Origin: Ylistrum balloti
Taxonomy: Eukaryota
Length of the DNA: 64,000 bases
Assembly (NCBI RefSeq): GCF_031769215.1
Contig: NW_026783211.1
Span: 1-64,000 of the forward strand
Direction of reading: 5' to 3'
Below are positions 11,649 to 24,199 of this stretch, in pieces (positions within the stretch are counted from its first letter, which is position 1; each line of letters opens with the position of its first letter). A program made the translations under genes and the position numbers. Below the pieces are notes generated by a model. The model made no database searches, was not told the DNA's origin, and saw only the letters and a program-made list of their open reading frames with translations.

Positions 11649-13551
11649 CATGTATATCTTACACCGTCCGAACGACACGTAAACAGTCCTTTTTAGGACT
11701 ACCCACATGTCACGAAAATCATCCAATTACGCCTCGAAAAATACGCAAAACGCACTAATCCTAACTTCTTATAATTGACCAACGAACAAACCAACAACAC
11801 CCTTCCCCACCCCCACCCTCCAAATACACCCACCTACCCGAAAGTAAAGGAAAATCCACCTTCCCACCCAACCCCACAGGACTACTTCACATCACACACT
11901 TTTTTGTTATAAACAATTGATACCTGCTACAACTTCTAAGTCGCCGCCCCGTCCCCCGTCTCCCACCCGACAAGTACACACTCACGCCCGGCCCCGCCCA
12001 TTTATGATTAGGTGAATGAATTTCAATAATATACACGTTAAACCAACAGTTAATACACCTATAAGCTGACACGGTATCGGTTTATTTCTTAATACTACGC
12101 ATGTACAATCTGAATTCAAATACACAAATGTAGTGTACCGACTAACGCTAAAAATTGCCACTTTCAACCAACAATCATTTCATATATGAAATAATAGTAA
12201 TGTTTATGTGGAAACTAGTGAAAACACTTCAAAATCATACTCTGAAATCGAGACAATTTCCGCTATACATTTTTTTTTCAAAATAGTTGAAACAGGTGGT
12301 ATTATTCCAATTTCCACATATTTCAGTTTACCCAGTTGCAGGAGTCGTTTTCACTGTCCGTGCACGTGGGTACGTTGTCGTGTATACCTGTGTACGTATG
12401 TGTATAGTGCACGATCAAAGGTAAGTATCGTCGTCGTCTATACGATAGAGAATTATCCTGAATATAAAGTTGTTCTGACTCAAATTTCTAAAGTATAAAT
12501 TTAACCCAGAATGTATAAAATGGATGTGTGAGCCAAACACATTTATTGCGAAAGGCTGAGTCCGGGGGCTCCAACCACGGCAGTTTTATTTTTTAAAAAT
12601 ATGAAATCCGATTCTCCTATTTGTGTGGTTTTGTTTTGTTTTGTGTGTGAGTGTGTGCATGTGTTTTTTTTTTCCTTTTTTCCCCTCTCACCTGTGACTG
12701 TTACTAGCGCGCGCACACCCACACCCACAAACACACCCCCATACATACACACCATTTCTTTATTTTCGAGTTCGATATCTAGACAACACAGAATTAATAC
12801 ATGTTTGCGTAGAGTCGAGTCAAGTACACATGTGTACACGTATATATATGATCACACATACAATACAGCACAACACACATGTGGATACGATGACGTATGA
12901 ATTGGGAGGGAAAAAAACCCCCAAAAAACATATTCCATACTTAGAATGTGATATTTGTTAGCAATTAAATGCGATAATCGAATCGAAAATGGTGGAGACT
13001 ATGGATTGAGATTAAGTATAGCAGGAATTCGATAAATGTGCTTCCATGTCTATGATATTTACCCATTCTAAATCTAAATTATTCACAAATACCATTTATT
13101 ACCATATATACAATGAACATGTATATATTAAGAAACTAAGTAAATAGTGTGTTTATGAAAATAACGCATATATTACGAATTTAGAACAATTCTATTCAAC
13201 TAATAGTGAAACCGCACTGACAAAATTATAGGAAAATGTCATGTAGCTCACTCATTACGAAACCGATTTAAATTTTGAAAACACCATTCGTTTGCCTATC
13301 TATCCGTTAGCAAATAGGTGTATATATCACTAATTTTCTCCAATAATTTAGAGCTATAAACAACGTTTATTCACACCAAGGAAACACAAATTACTTGTTT
13401 TCCACACAGACAGGCTAACGCGCCGTTAGGTGTCCTCGGCGAGGTGCAGCAAAAAGCGCTTAAACGGCTGAGCGAGGACGGGCGGGGCATACAGCTTACC
13501 TAGCACTGACTAGCGCAGTTCTCGAACAATCACATCCAGACGAATCCGAAG

Positions 13552-14109
13552 ATGGCAGAGAAGACTCCAGTGAAGAAAGCAGTGAAGAAGCCAAAGACCC
13601 CGGCAGCTCATCCAAAGTACAGCGACATGGTGGCCACTGCAGTGGGAAGTCTGAAGGAACGTGGAGGCTCGTCCCGTCAGGCAATACTGAAATACATCAT
13701 GGCTAACTTCAAAGTGGGATCCGACGCTAAGGCTATCAACGCACACCTGAAGATCGCCCTCCGGAACGGCGTGAAGAAAGGAGCCCTGAAACAGTCGAAA
13801 GGAACCGGAGCTGCTGGATCATTCAAGCTCGGAGAGAAACCTAAACCCGCCAAAAAACCAGCCGCTAAGAAAGTGGTTAAGCCGAAAGCAGCAAAACCTA
13901 AGAAACCGGCGGCGAAGAAAGCGACTACGTCGGCGACGGCTAAGAAACCAAAGGCAAAGACACCCAAGAAAGCAGCTACCAAGAAAACCACGGAGAAGAA
14001 ACCATCCAAGAAAACTACCAAGCCCAAGACCCCTAAGAAAAAGGCTATCAAGTCTCCGAAGAAAGCTAAGACAGACAAGCCTAAGAAAGCCAAGGCTGCA
14101 AAAAAATAA
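13552..14109 (+). CDS. H1: Linker histone H1 (185 aa)
   Basis: Protein identical to 6169-6726. Confidence 0.97.
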   Translation: MAEKTPVKKAVKKPKTPAAHPKYSDMVATAVGSLKERGGSSRQAILKYIMANFKVGSDAKAINAHLKIALRNGVKKGALKQSKGTGAAGSFKLGEKPKPAKKPAAKKVVKPKAAKPKKPAAKKATTSATAKKPKAKTPKKAATKKTTEKKPSKKTTKPKTPKKKAIKSPKKAKTDKPKKAKAAKK

Positions 14110-16012
14110 GATGTATATCTTACACCGTCCGAACGACACGTAAACAGTCCTTTTTAGGACTACCCACATGTCACGAAAATCATCCAATTACGCCTCGAAA
14201 AATACGCAAAACGCACTAATCCTAACTTCTTATAATTGACCAACGAACAAACCAACAACACCCTTCCCCACCCCCACCCTCCAAATACACCCACCTACCC
14301 GAAAGTAAAGGAAAATCCACCTTCCCACCCAACCCCACAGGACTACTTCACATCACACACTTTTTTGTTATAAACAATTGATACCTGCTACAACTTCTAA
14401 GTCGCCGCCCCGTCCCCCGTCTCCCACCCGACAAGTACACACTCACGCCCGGCCCCGCCCATTTATGATTAGGTGAATGAATTTCAATAATATACACGTT
14501 AAACCAACAGTTAATACACCTATAAGCTGACACGGTATCGGTTTATTTCTTAATACTACGCATGTACAATCTGAATTCAAATACACAAATGTAGTGTACC
14601 GACTAACGCTAAAAATTGCCACTTTCAACCAACAATCATTTCATATATGAAATAATAGTAATGTTTATGTGGAAACTAGTGAAAACACTTCAAAATCATA
14701 CTCTGAAATCGAGACAATTTCCGCTATACATTTTTTTTTCAAAATAGTTGAAACAGGTGGTATTATTCCAATTTCCACATATTTCAGTTTACCCAGTTGC
14801 AGGAGTCGTTTTCACTGTCCGTGCACGTGGGTACGTTGTCGTGTATACCTGTGTACGTATGTGTATAGTGCACGATCAAAGGTAAGTATCGTCGTCGTCT
14901 ATACGATAGAGAATTATCCTGAATATAAAGTTGTTCTGACTCAAATTTCTAAAGTATAAATTTAACCCAGAATGTATAAAATGGATGTGTGAGCCAAACA
15001 CATTTATTGCGAAAGGCTGAGTCCGGGGGCTCCAACCACGGCAGTTTTATTTTTTAAAAATATGAAATCCGATTCTCCTATTTGTGTGGTTTTGTTTTGT
15101 TTTGTGTGTGAGTGTGTGCATGTGTTTTTTTTTTCCTTTTTTCCCCTCTCACCTGTGACTGTTACTAGCGCGCGCACACCCACACCCACAAACACACCCC
15201 CATACATACACACCATTTCTTTATTTTCGAGTTCGATATCTAGACAACACAGAATTAATACATGTTTGCGTAGAGTCGAGTCAAGTACACATGTGTACAC
15301 GTATATATATGATCACACATACAATACAGCACAACACACATGTGGATACGATGACGTATGAATTGGGAGGGAAAAAAACCCCCAAAAAACATATTCCATA
15401 CTTAGAATGTGATATTTGTTAGCAATTAAATGCGATAATCGAATCGAAAATGGTGGAGACTATGGATTGAGATTAAGTATAGCAGGAATTCGATAAATGT
15501 GCTTCCATGTCTATGATATTTACCCATTCTAAATCTAAATTATTCACAAATACCATTTATTACCATATATACAATGAACATGTATATATTAAGAAACTAA
15601 GTAAATAGTGTGTTTATGAAAATAACGCATATATTACGAATTTAGAACAATTCTATTCAACTAATAGTGAAACCGCACTGACAAAATTATAGGAAAATGT
15701 CATGTAGCTCACTCATTACGAAACCGATTTAAATTTTGAAAACACCATTCGTTTGCCTATCTATCCGTTAGCAAATAGGTGTATATATCACTAATTTTCT
15801 CCAATAATTTAGAGCTATAAACAACGTTTATTCACACCAAGGAAACACAAATTACTTGTTTTCCACACAGACAGGCTAACGCGCCGTTAGGTGTCCTCGG
15901 CGAGGTGCAGCAAAAAGCGCTTAAACGGCTGAGCGAGGACGGGCGGGGCATACAGCTTACCTAGCACTGACTAGCGCAGTTCTCGAACAATCACATCCAG
16001 ACGAATCCGAAG

Positions 16013-16570
16013 ATGGCAGAGAAGACTCCAGTGAAGAAAGCAGTGAAGAAGCCAAAGACCCCGGCAGCTCATCCAAAGTACAGCGACATGGTGGCCACTG
16101 CAGTGGGAAGTCTGAAGGAACGTGGAGGCTCGTCCCGTCAGGCAATACTGAAATACATCATGGCTAACTTCAAAGTGGGATCCGACGCTAAGGCTATCAA
16201 CGCACACCTGAAGATCGCCCTCCGGAACGGCGTGAAGAAAGGAGCCCTGAAACAGTCGAAAGGAACCGGAGCTGCTGGATCATTCAAGCTCGGAGAGAAA
16301 CCTAAACCCGCCAAAAAACCAGCCGCTAAGAAAGTGGTTAAGCCGAAAGCAGCAAAACCTAAGAAACCGGCGGCGAAGAAAGCGACTACGTCGGCGACGG
16401 CTAAGAAACCAAAGGCAAAGACACCCAAGAAAGCAGCTACCAAGAAAACCACGGAGAAGAAACCATCCAAGAAAACTACCAAGCCCAAGACCCCTAAGAA
16501 AAAGGCTATCAAGTCTCCGAAGAAAGCTAAGACAGACAAGCCTAAGAAAGCCAAGGCTGCAAAAAAATAA
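16013..16570 (+). CDS. H1: Linker histone H1 (185 aa)
   Basis: Protein identical to 6169-6726. Confidence 0.97.
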   Translation: MAEKTPVKKAVKKPKTPAAHPKYSDMVATAVGSLKERGGSSRQAILKYIMANFKVGSDAKAINAHLKIALRNGVKKGALKQSKGTGAAGSFKLGEKPKPAKKPAAKKVVKPKAAKPKKPAAKKATTSATAKKPKAKTPKKAATKKTTEKKPSKKTTKPKTPKKKAIKSPKKAKTDKPKKAKAAKK

Positions 16571-18473
16571 GATGTATATCTTACACCGTCCGAACGACAC
16601 GTAAACAGTCCTTTTTAGGACTACCCACATGTCACGAAAATCATCCAATTACGCCTCGAAAAATACGCAAAACGCACTAATCCTAACTTCTTATAATTGA
16701 CCAACGAACAAACCAACAACACCCTTCCCCACCCCCACCCTCCAAATACACCCACCTACCCGAAAGTAAAGGAAAATCCACCTTCCCACCCAACCCCACA
16801 GGACTACTTCACATCACACACTTTTTTGTTATAAACAATTGATACCTGCTACAACTTCTAAGTCGCCGCCCCGTCCCCCGTCTCCCACCCGACAAGTACA
16901 CACTCACGCCCGGCCCCGCCCATTTATGATTAGGTGAATGAATTTCAATAATATACACGTTAAACCAACAGTTAATACACCTATAAGCTGACACGGTATC
17001 GGTTTATTTCTTAATACTACGCATGTACAATCTGAATTCAAATACACAAATGTAGTGTACCGACTAACGCTAAAAATTGCCACTTTCAACCAACAATCAT
17101 TTCATATATGAAATAATAGTAATGTTTATGTGGAAACTAGTGAAAACACTTCAAAATCATACTCTGAAATCGAGACAATTTCCGCTATACATTTTTTTTT
17201 CAAAATAGTTGAAACAGGTGGTATTATTCCAATTTCCACATATTTCAGTTTACCCAGTTGCAGGAGTCGTTTTCACTGTCCGTGCACGTGGGTACGTTGT
17301 CGTGTATACCTGTGTACGTATGTGTATAGTGCACGATCAAAGGTAAGTATCGTCGTCGTCTATACGATAGAGAATTATCCTGAATATAAAGTTGTTCTGA
17401 CTCAAATTTCTAAAGTATAAATTTAACCCAGAATGTATAAAATGGATGTGTGAGCCAAACACATTTATTGCGAAAGGCTGAGTCCGGGGGCTCCAACCAC
17501 GGCAGTTTTATTTTTTAAAAATATGAAATCCGATTCTCCTATTTGTGTGGTTTTGTTTTGTTTTGTGTGTGAGTGTGTGCATGTGTTTTTTTTTTCCTTT
17601 TTTCCCCTCTCACCTGTGACTGTTACTAGCGCGCGCACACCCACACCCACAAACACACCCCCATACATACACACCATTTCTTTATTTTCGAGTTCGATAT
17701 CTAGACAACACAGAATTAATACATGTTTGCGTAGAGTCGAGTCAAGTACACATGTGTACACGTATATATATGATCACACATACAATACAGCACAACACAC
17801 ATGTGGATACGATGACGTATGAATTGGGAGGGAAAAAAACCCCCAAAAAACATATTCCATACTTAGAATGTGATATTTGTTAGCAATTAAATGCGATAAT
17901 CGAATCGAAAATGGTGGAGACTATGGATTGAGATTAAGTATAGCAGGAATTCGATAAATGTGCTTCCATGTCTATGATATTTACCCATTCTAAATCTAAA
18001 TTATTCACAAATACCATTTATTACCATATATACAATGAACATGTATATATTAAGAAACTAAGTAAATAGTGTGTTTATGAAAATAACGCATATATTACGA
18101 ATTTAGAACAATTCTATTCAACTAATAGTGAAACCGCACTGACAAAATTATAGGAAAATGTCATGTAGCTCACTCATTACGAAACCGATTTAAATTTTGA
18201 AAACACCATTCGTTTGCCTATCTATCCGTTAGCAAATAGGTGTATATATCACTAATTTTCTCCAATAATTTAGAGCTATAAACAACGTTTATTCACACCA
18301 AGGAAACACAAATTACTTGTTTTCCACACAGACAGGCTAACGCGCCGTTAGGTGTCCTCGGCGAGGTGCAGCAAAAAGCGCTTAAACGGCTGAGCGAGGA
18401 CGGGCGGGGCATACAGCTTACCTAGCACTGACTAGCGCAGTTCTCGAACAATCACATCCAGACGAATCCGAAG

Positions 18474-19031
18474 ATGGCAGAGAAGACTCCAGTGAAGAAA
18501 GCAGTGAAGAAGCCAAAGACCCCGGCAGCTCATCCAAAGTACAGCGACATGGTGGCCACTGCAGTGGGAAGTCTGAAGGAACGTGGAGGCTCGTCCCGTC
18601 AGGCAATACTGAAATACATCATGGCTAACTTCAAAGTGGGATCCGACGCTAAGGCTATCAACGCACACCTGAAGATCGCCCTCCGGAACGGCGTGAAGAA
18701 AGGAGCCCTGAAACAGTCGAAAGGAACCGGAGCTGCTGGATCATTCAAGCTCGGAGAGAAACCTAAACCCGCCAAAAAACCAGCCGCTAAGAAAGTGGTT
18801 AAGCCGAAAGCAGCAAAACCTAAGAAACCGGCGGCGAAGAAAGCGACTACGTCGGCGACGGCTAAGAAACCAAAGGCAAAGACACCCAAGAAAGCAGCTA
18901 CCAAGAAAACCACGGAGAAGAAACCATCCAAGAAAACTACCAAGCCCAAGACCCCTAAGAAAAAGGCTATCAAGTCTCCGAAGAAAGCTAAGACAGACAA
19001 GCCTAAGAAAGCCAAGGCTGCAAAAAAATAA
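18474..19031 (+). CDS. H1: Linker histone H1 (185 aa)
   Basis: Protein identical to 6169-6726. Confidence 0.97.
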   Translation: MAEKTPVKKAVKKPKTPAAHPKYSDMVATAVGSLKERGGSSRQAILKYIMANFKVGSDAKAINAHLKIALRNGVKKGALKQSKGTGAAGSFKLGEKPKPAKKPAAKKVVKPKAAKPKKPAAKKATTSATAKKPKAKTPKKAATKKTTEKKPSKKTTKPKTPKKKAIKSPKKAKTDKPKKAKAAKK

Positions 19032-20934
19032 GATGTATATCTTACACCGTCCGAACGACACGTAAACAGTCCTTTTTAGGACTACCCACATGTCACGAAA
19101 ATCATCCAATTACGCCTCGAAAAATACGCAAAACGCACTAATCCTAACTTCTTATAATTGACCAACGAACAAACCAACAACACCCTTCCCCACCCCCACC
19201 CTCCAAATACACCCACCTACCCGAAAGTAAAGGAAAATCCACCTTCCCACCCAACCCCACAGGACTACTTCACATCACACACTTTTTTGTTATAAACAAT
19301 TGATACCTGCTACAACTTCTAAGTCGCCGCCCCGTCCCCCGTCTCCCACCCGACAAGTACACACTCACGCCCGGCCCCGCCCATTTATGATTAGGTGAAT
19401 GAATTTCAATAATATACACGTTAAACCAACAGTTAATACACCTATAAGCTGACACGGTATCGGTTTATTTCTTAATACTACGCATGTACAATCTGAATTC
19501 AAATACACAAATGTAGTGTACCGACTAACGCTAAAAATTGCCACTTTCAACCAACAATCATTTCATATATGAAATAATAGTAATGTTTATGTGGAAACTA
19601 GTGAAAACACTTCAAAATCATACTCTGAAATCGAGACAATTTCCGCTATACATTTTTTTTTCAAAATAGTTGAAACAGGTGGTATTATTCCAATTTCCAC
19701 ATATTTCAGTTTACCCAGTTGCAGGAGTCGTTTTCACTGTCCGTGCACGTGGGTACGTTGTCGTGTATACCTGTGTACGTATGTGTATAGTGCACGATCA
19801 AAGGTAAGTATCGTCGTCGTCTATACGATAGAGAATTATCCTGAATATAAAGTTGTTCTGACTCAAATTTCTAAAGTATAAATTTAACCCAGAATGTATA
19901 AAATGGATGTGTGAGCCAAACACATTTATTGCGAAAGGCTGAGTCCGGGGGCTCCAACCACGGCAGTTTTATTTTTTAAAAATATGAAATCCGATTCTCC
20001 TATTTGTGTGGTTTTGTTTTGTTTTGTGTGTGAGTGTGTGCATGTGTTTTTTTTTTCCTTTTTTCCCCTCTCACCTGTGACTGTTACTAGCGCGCGCACA
20101 CCCACACCCACAAACACACCCCCATACATACACACCATTTCTTTATTTTCGAGTTCGATATCTAGACAACACAGAATTAATACATGTTTGCGTAGAGTCG
20201 AGTCAAGTACACATGTGTACACGTATATATATGATCACACATACAATACAGCACAACACACATGTGGATACGATGACGTATGAATTGGGAGGGAAAAAAA
20301 CCCCCAAAAAACATATTCCATACTTAGAATGTGATATTTGTTAGCAATTAAATGCGATAATCGAATCGAAAATGGTGGAGACTATGGATTGAGATTAAGT
20401 ATAGCAGGAATTCGATAAATGTGCTTCCATGTCTATGATATTTACCCATTCTAAATCTAAATTATTCACAAATACCATTTATTACCATATATACAATGAA
20501 CATGTATATATTAAGAAACTAAGTAAATAGTGTGTTTATGAAAATAACGCATATATTACGAATTTAGAACAATTCTATTCAACTAATAGTGAAACCGCAC
20601 TGACAAAATTATAGGAAAATGTCATGTAGCTCACTCATTACGAAACCGATTTAAATTTTGAAAACACCATTCGTTTGCCTATCTATCCGTTAGCAAATAG
20701 GTGTATATATCACTAATTTTCTCCAATAATTTAGAGCTATAAACAACGTTTATTCACACCAAGGAAACACAAATTACTTGTTTTCCACACAGACAGGCTA
20801 ACGCGCCGTTAGGTGTCCTCGGCGAGGTGCAGCAAAAAGCGCTTAAACGGCTGAGCGAGGACGGGCGGGGCATACAGCTTACCTAGCACTGACTAGCGCA
20901 GTTCTCGAACAATCACATCCAGACGAATCCGAAG

Positions 20935-21492
20935 ATGGCAGAGAAGACTCCAGTGAAGAAAGCAGTGAAGAAGCCAAAGACCCCGGCAGCTCATCCAAAG
21001 TACAGCGACATGGTGGCCACTGCAGTGGGAAGTCTGAAGGAACGTGGAGGCTCGTCCCGTCAGGCAATACTGAAATACATCATGGCTAACTTCAAAGTGG
21101 GATCCGACGCTAAGGCTATCAACGCACACCTGAAGATCGCCCTCCGGAACGGCGTGAAGAAAGGAGCCCTGAAACAGTCGAAAGGAACCGGAGCTGCTGG
21201 ATCATTCAAGCTCGGAGAGAAACCTAAACCCGCCAAAAAACCAGCCGCTAAGAAAGTGGTTAAGCCGAAAGCAGCAAAACCTAAGAAACCGGCGGCGAAG
21301 AAAGCGACTACGTCGGCGACGGCTAAGAAACCAAAGGCAAAGACACCCAAGAAAGCAGCTACCAAGAAAACCACGGAGAAGAAACCATCCAAGAAAACTA
21401 CCAAGCCCAAGACCCCTAAGAAAAAGGCTATCAAGTCTCCGAAGAAAGCTAAGACAGACAAGCCTAAGAAAGCCAAGGCTGCAAAAAAATAA
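20935..21492 (+). CDS. H1: Linker histone H1 (185 aa)
   Basis: Protein identical to 6169-6726. Confidence 0.97.
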   Translation: MAEKTPVKKAVKKPKTPAAHPKYSDMVATAVGSLKERGGSSRQAILKYIMANFKVGSDAKAINAHLKIALRNGVKKGALKQSKGTGAAGSFKLGEKPKPAKKPAAKKVVKPKAAKPKKPAAKKATTSATAKKPKAKTPKKAATKKTTEKKPSKKTTKPKTPKKKAIKSPKKAKTDKPKKAKAAKK

Positions 21493-23323
21493 GATGTATA
21501 TCTTACACCGTCCGAACGACACGTAAACAGTCCTTTTTAGGACTACCCACATGTCACGAAAATCATCCAATTACGCCTCGAAAAATACGCAAAACGCACT
21601 AATCCTAACTTCTTATAATTGACCAACGAACAAACCAACAACACCCTTCCCCACCCCCACCCTCCAAATACACCCACCTACCCGAAAGTAAAGGAAAATC
21701 CACCTTCCCACCCAACCCCACAGGACTACTTCACATCACACACTTTTTTGTTATAAACAATTGATACCTGCTACAACTTCTAAGTCGCCGCCCCGTCCCC
21801 CGTCTCCCACCCGACAAGTACACACTCACGCCCGGCCCCGCCCATTTATGATTAGGTGAATGAATTTCAATAATATACACGTTAAACCAACAGTTAATAC
21901 ACCTATAAGCTGACACGGTATCGGTTTATTTCTTAATACTACGCATGTACAATCTGAATTCAAATACACAAATGTAGTGTACCGACTAACGCTAAAAATT
22001 GCCACTTTCAACCAACAATCATTTCATATATGAAATAATAGTAATGTTTATGTGGAAACTAGTGAAAACACTTCAAAATCATACTCTGAAATCGAGACAA
22101 TTTCCGCTATACATTTTTTTTTCAAAATAGTTGAAACAGGTGGTATTATTCCAATTTCCACATATTTCAGTTTACCCAGTTGCAGGAGTCGTTTTCACTG
22201 TCCGTGCACGTGGGTACGTTGTCGTGTATACCTGTGTACGTATGTGTATAGTGCACGATCAAAGGTAAGTATCGTCGTCGTCTATACGATAGAGAATTAT
22301 CCTGAATATAAAGTTGTTCTGACTCAAATTTCTAAAGTATAAATTTAACCCAGAATGTATAAAATGGATGTGTGAGCCAAACACATTTATTGCGAAAGGC
22401 TGAGTCCGGGGGCTCCAACCACGGCAGTTTTATTTTTTAAAAATATGAAATCCGATTCTCCTATTTGTGTGGTTTTGTTTTGTTTTGTGTGTGAGTGTGT
22501 GCATGTGTTTTTTTTTTCCTTTTTTCCCCTCTCACCTGTGACTGTTACTAGCGCGCGCACACCCACACCCACAAACACACCCCCATACATACACACCATT
22601 TCTTTATTTTCGAGTTCGATATCTAGACAACACAGAATTAATACATGTTTGCGTAGAGTCGAGTCAAGTACACATGTGTACACGTATATATATGATCACA
22701 CATACAATACAGCACAACACACATGTGGATACGATGACGTATGAATTGGGAGGGAAAAAAACCCCCAAAAAACATATTCCATACTTAGAATGTGATATTT
22801 GTTAGCAATTAAATGCGATAATCGAATCGAAAATGGTGGAGACTATGGATTGAGATTAAGTATAGCAGGAATTCGATAAATGTGCTTCCATGTCTATGAT
22901 ATTTACCCATTCTAAATCTAAATTATTCACAAATACCATTTATTACCATATATACAATGAACATGTATATATTAAGAAACTAAGTAAATAGTGTGTTTAT
23001 GAAAATAACGCATATATTACGAATTTAGAACAATTCTATTCAACTAATAGTGAAACCGCACTGACAAAATTATAGGAAAATGTCATGTAGCTCACTCATT
23101 ACGAAACCGATTTAAATTTTGAAAACACCATTCGTTTGCCTATCTATCCGTTAGCAAATAGGTGTATATATCACTAATTTTCTCCAATAATTTAGAGCTA
23201 TAAACAACGTTTATTCACACCAAGGAAACACAAATTACTTGTTTTCCACACAGACAGGCTAACGCGCCGTTAGGTGTCCTCGGCGAGGTGCAGCAAAAAG
23301 CGCTTAAACGGCTGAGCGAGGAC

Positions 23324-23335
23324 GGGCGGGGCATA
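23324..23335 (+). repeat. Target site / putative 12-bp TSD GGGCGGGGCATA, 5' side of copy 2 (promoter of an eighth H1 unit)
   Basis: H1 spacer and promoter continue normally up to this 12-mer (expected ATG at 23396 = +72) and then switch to GGCATACAG plus LINE 5' UTR. Confidence 0.85.
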
Positions 23336-24199
23336 GGCATACAGAAAATACCACTGACCCCCGAGCTGTCGACACCTACCTACAGGCTTAGAGTACCTTT
23401 GTTACCTGTCATCAACGATATAGTGTTAGGTTACATCATTCACCAACAGTCTTTTCTATATATATATATTCCATATATTCTTCTGGAATATATTGTGTAA
23501 TTCCTGTGGACTTTTTTTTTTTCTTTCTTTTTTTGATGTGTTAATTCTATCGGCAGACCGAGGATTAATTAGACAACAGAGTTCCCGAGAAATCCATCAG
23601 AAGGATAAGTACTTTTCAAGATTTCTTATTAATCATTTAGTCGCTATCTCGTATTTTAGCGTCGGGAACTGATAATAAATAGTATCCTGGTCTGTATAAT
23701 TTATTATTTAGATACCTTGTTTAAGGAGTTTTATAGTGATACTATAGTTATAACTAGATTCAGCTATATATCAAATACAATAGGAAGGTCCAAACAGTAT
23801 TAGGTAGAGTTATAATTCTGTAGAAAATATTTCATATTTTATATATCTCTGATACATATAACCTTTATTTTATCTATTTTCTTATCGGGCTATTCATTTC
23901 GGACCATTTTTAAGACGGCCTTATAAAGTGCCATCCCAACCCCAAAAACAAAAGAAAAACTGTATCTGGTTCCTGTCCATTGTCTTTCCGTGGCCAGATA
24001 TCACACTTTCACACCTGACTACACAACCTCTGCTATCCAGACCACTACTTTCACGCTTGATATGTATATTATCTCAATCAAGGTCTCTGTCGCTCCGTCT
24101 CCAGGTAACACACCAGACCTTTTATTCTAGACTAATTAGGATCTCCCCACAGGAATTCCTCTCACCCTTTTCCCTCTGTCAACTAACTACAAACACAAC

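Larger units (their letters stand above)
6097..23335 (+). repeat. Tandem array of 7 H1-only units, period 2461 bp
   Basis: H1 starts at 6169, 8630, 11091, 13552, 16013, 18474, 20935; all spacer ORFs recur at exactly +2461. Confidence 0.98.

Noticed and set aside
23336-23460. HDV-like self-cleaving ribozyme at the LINE 5' end, as in R2
   Set aside because: I could not build the nested double pseudoknot by eye; a descriptor or covariance search is needed
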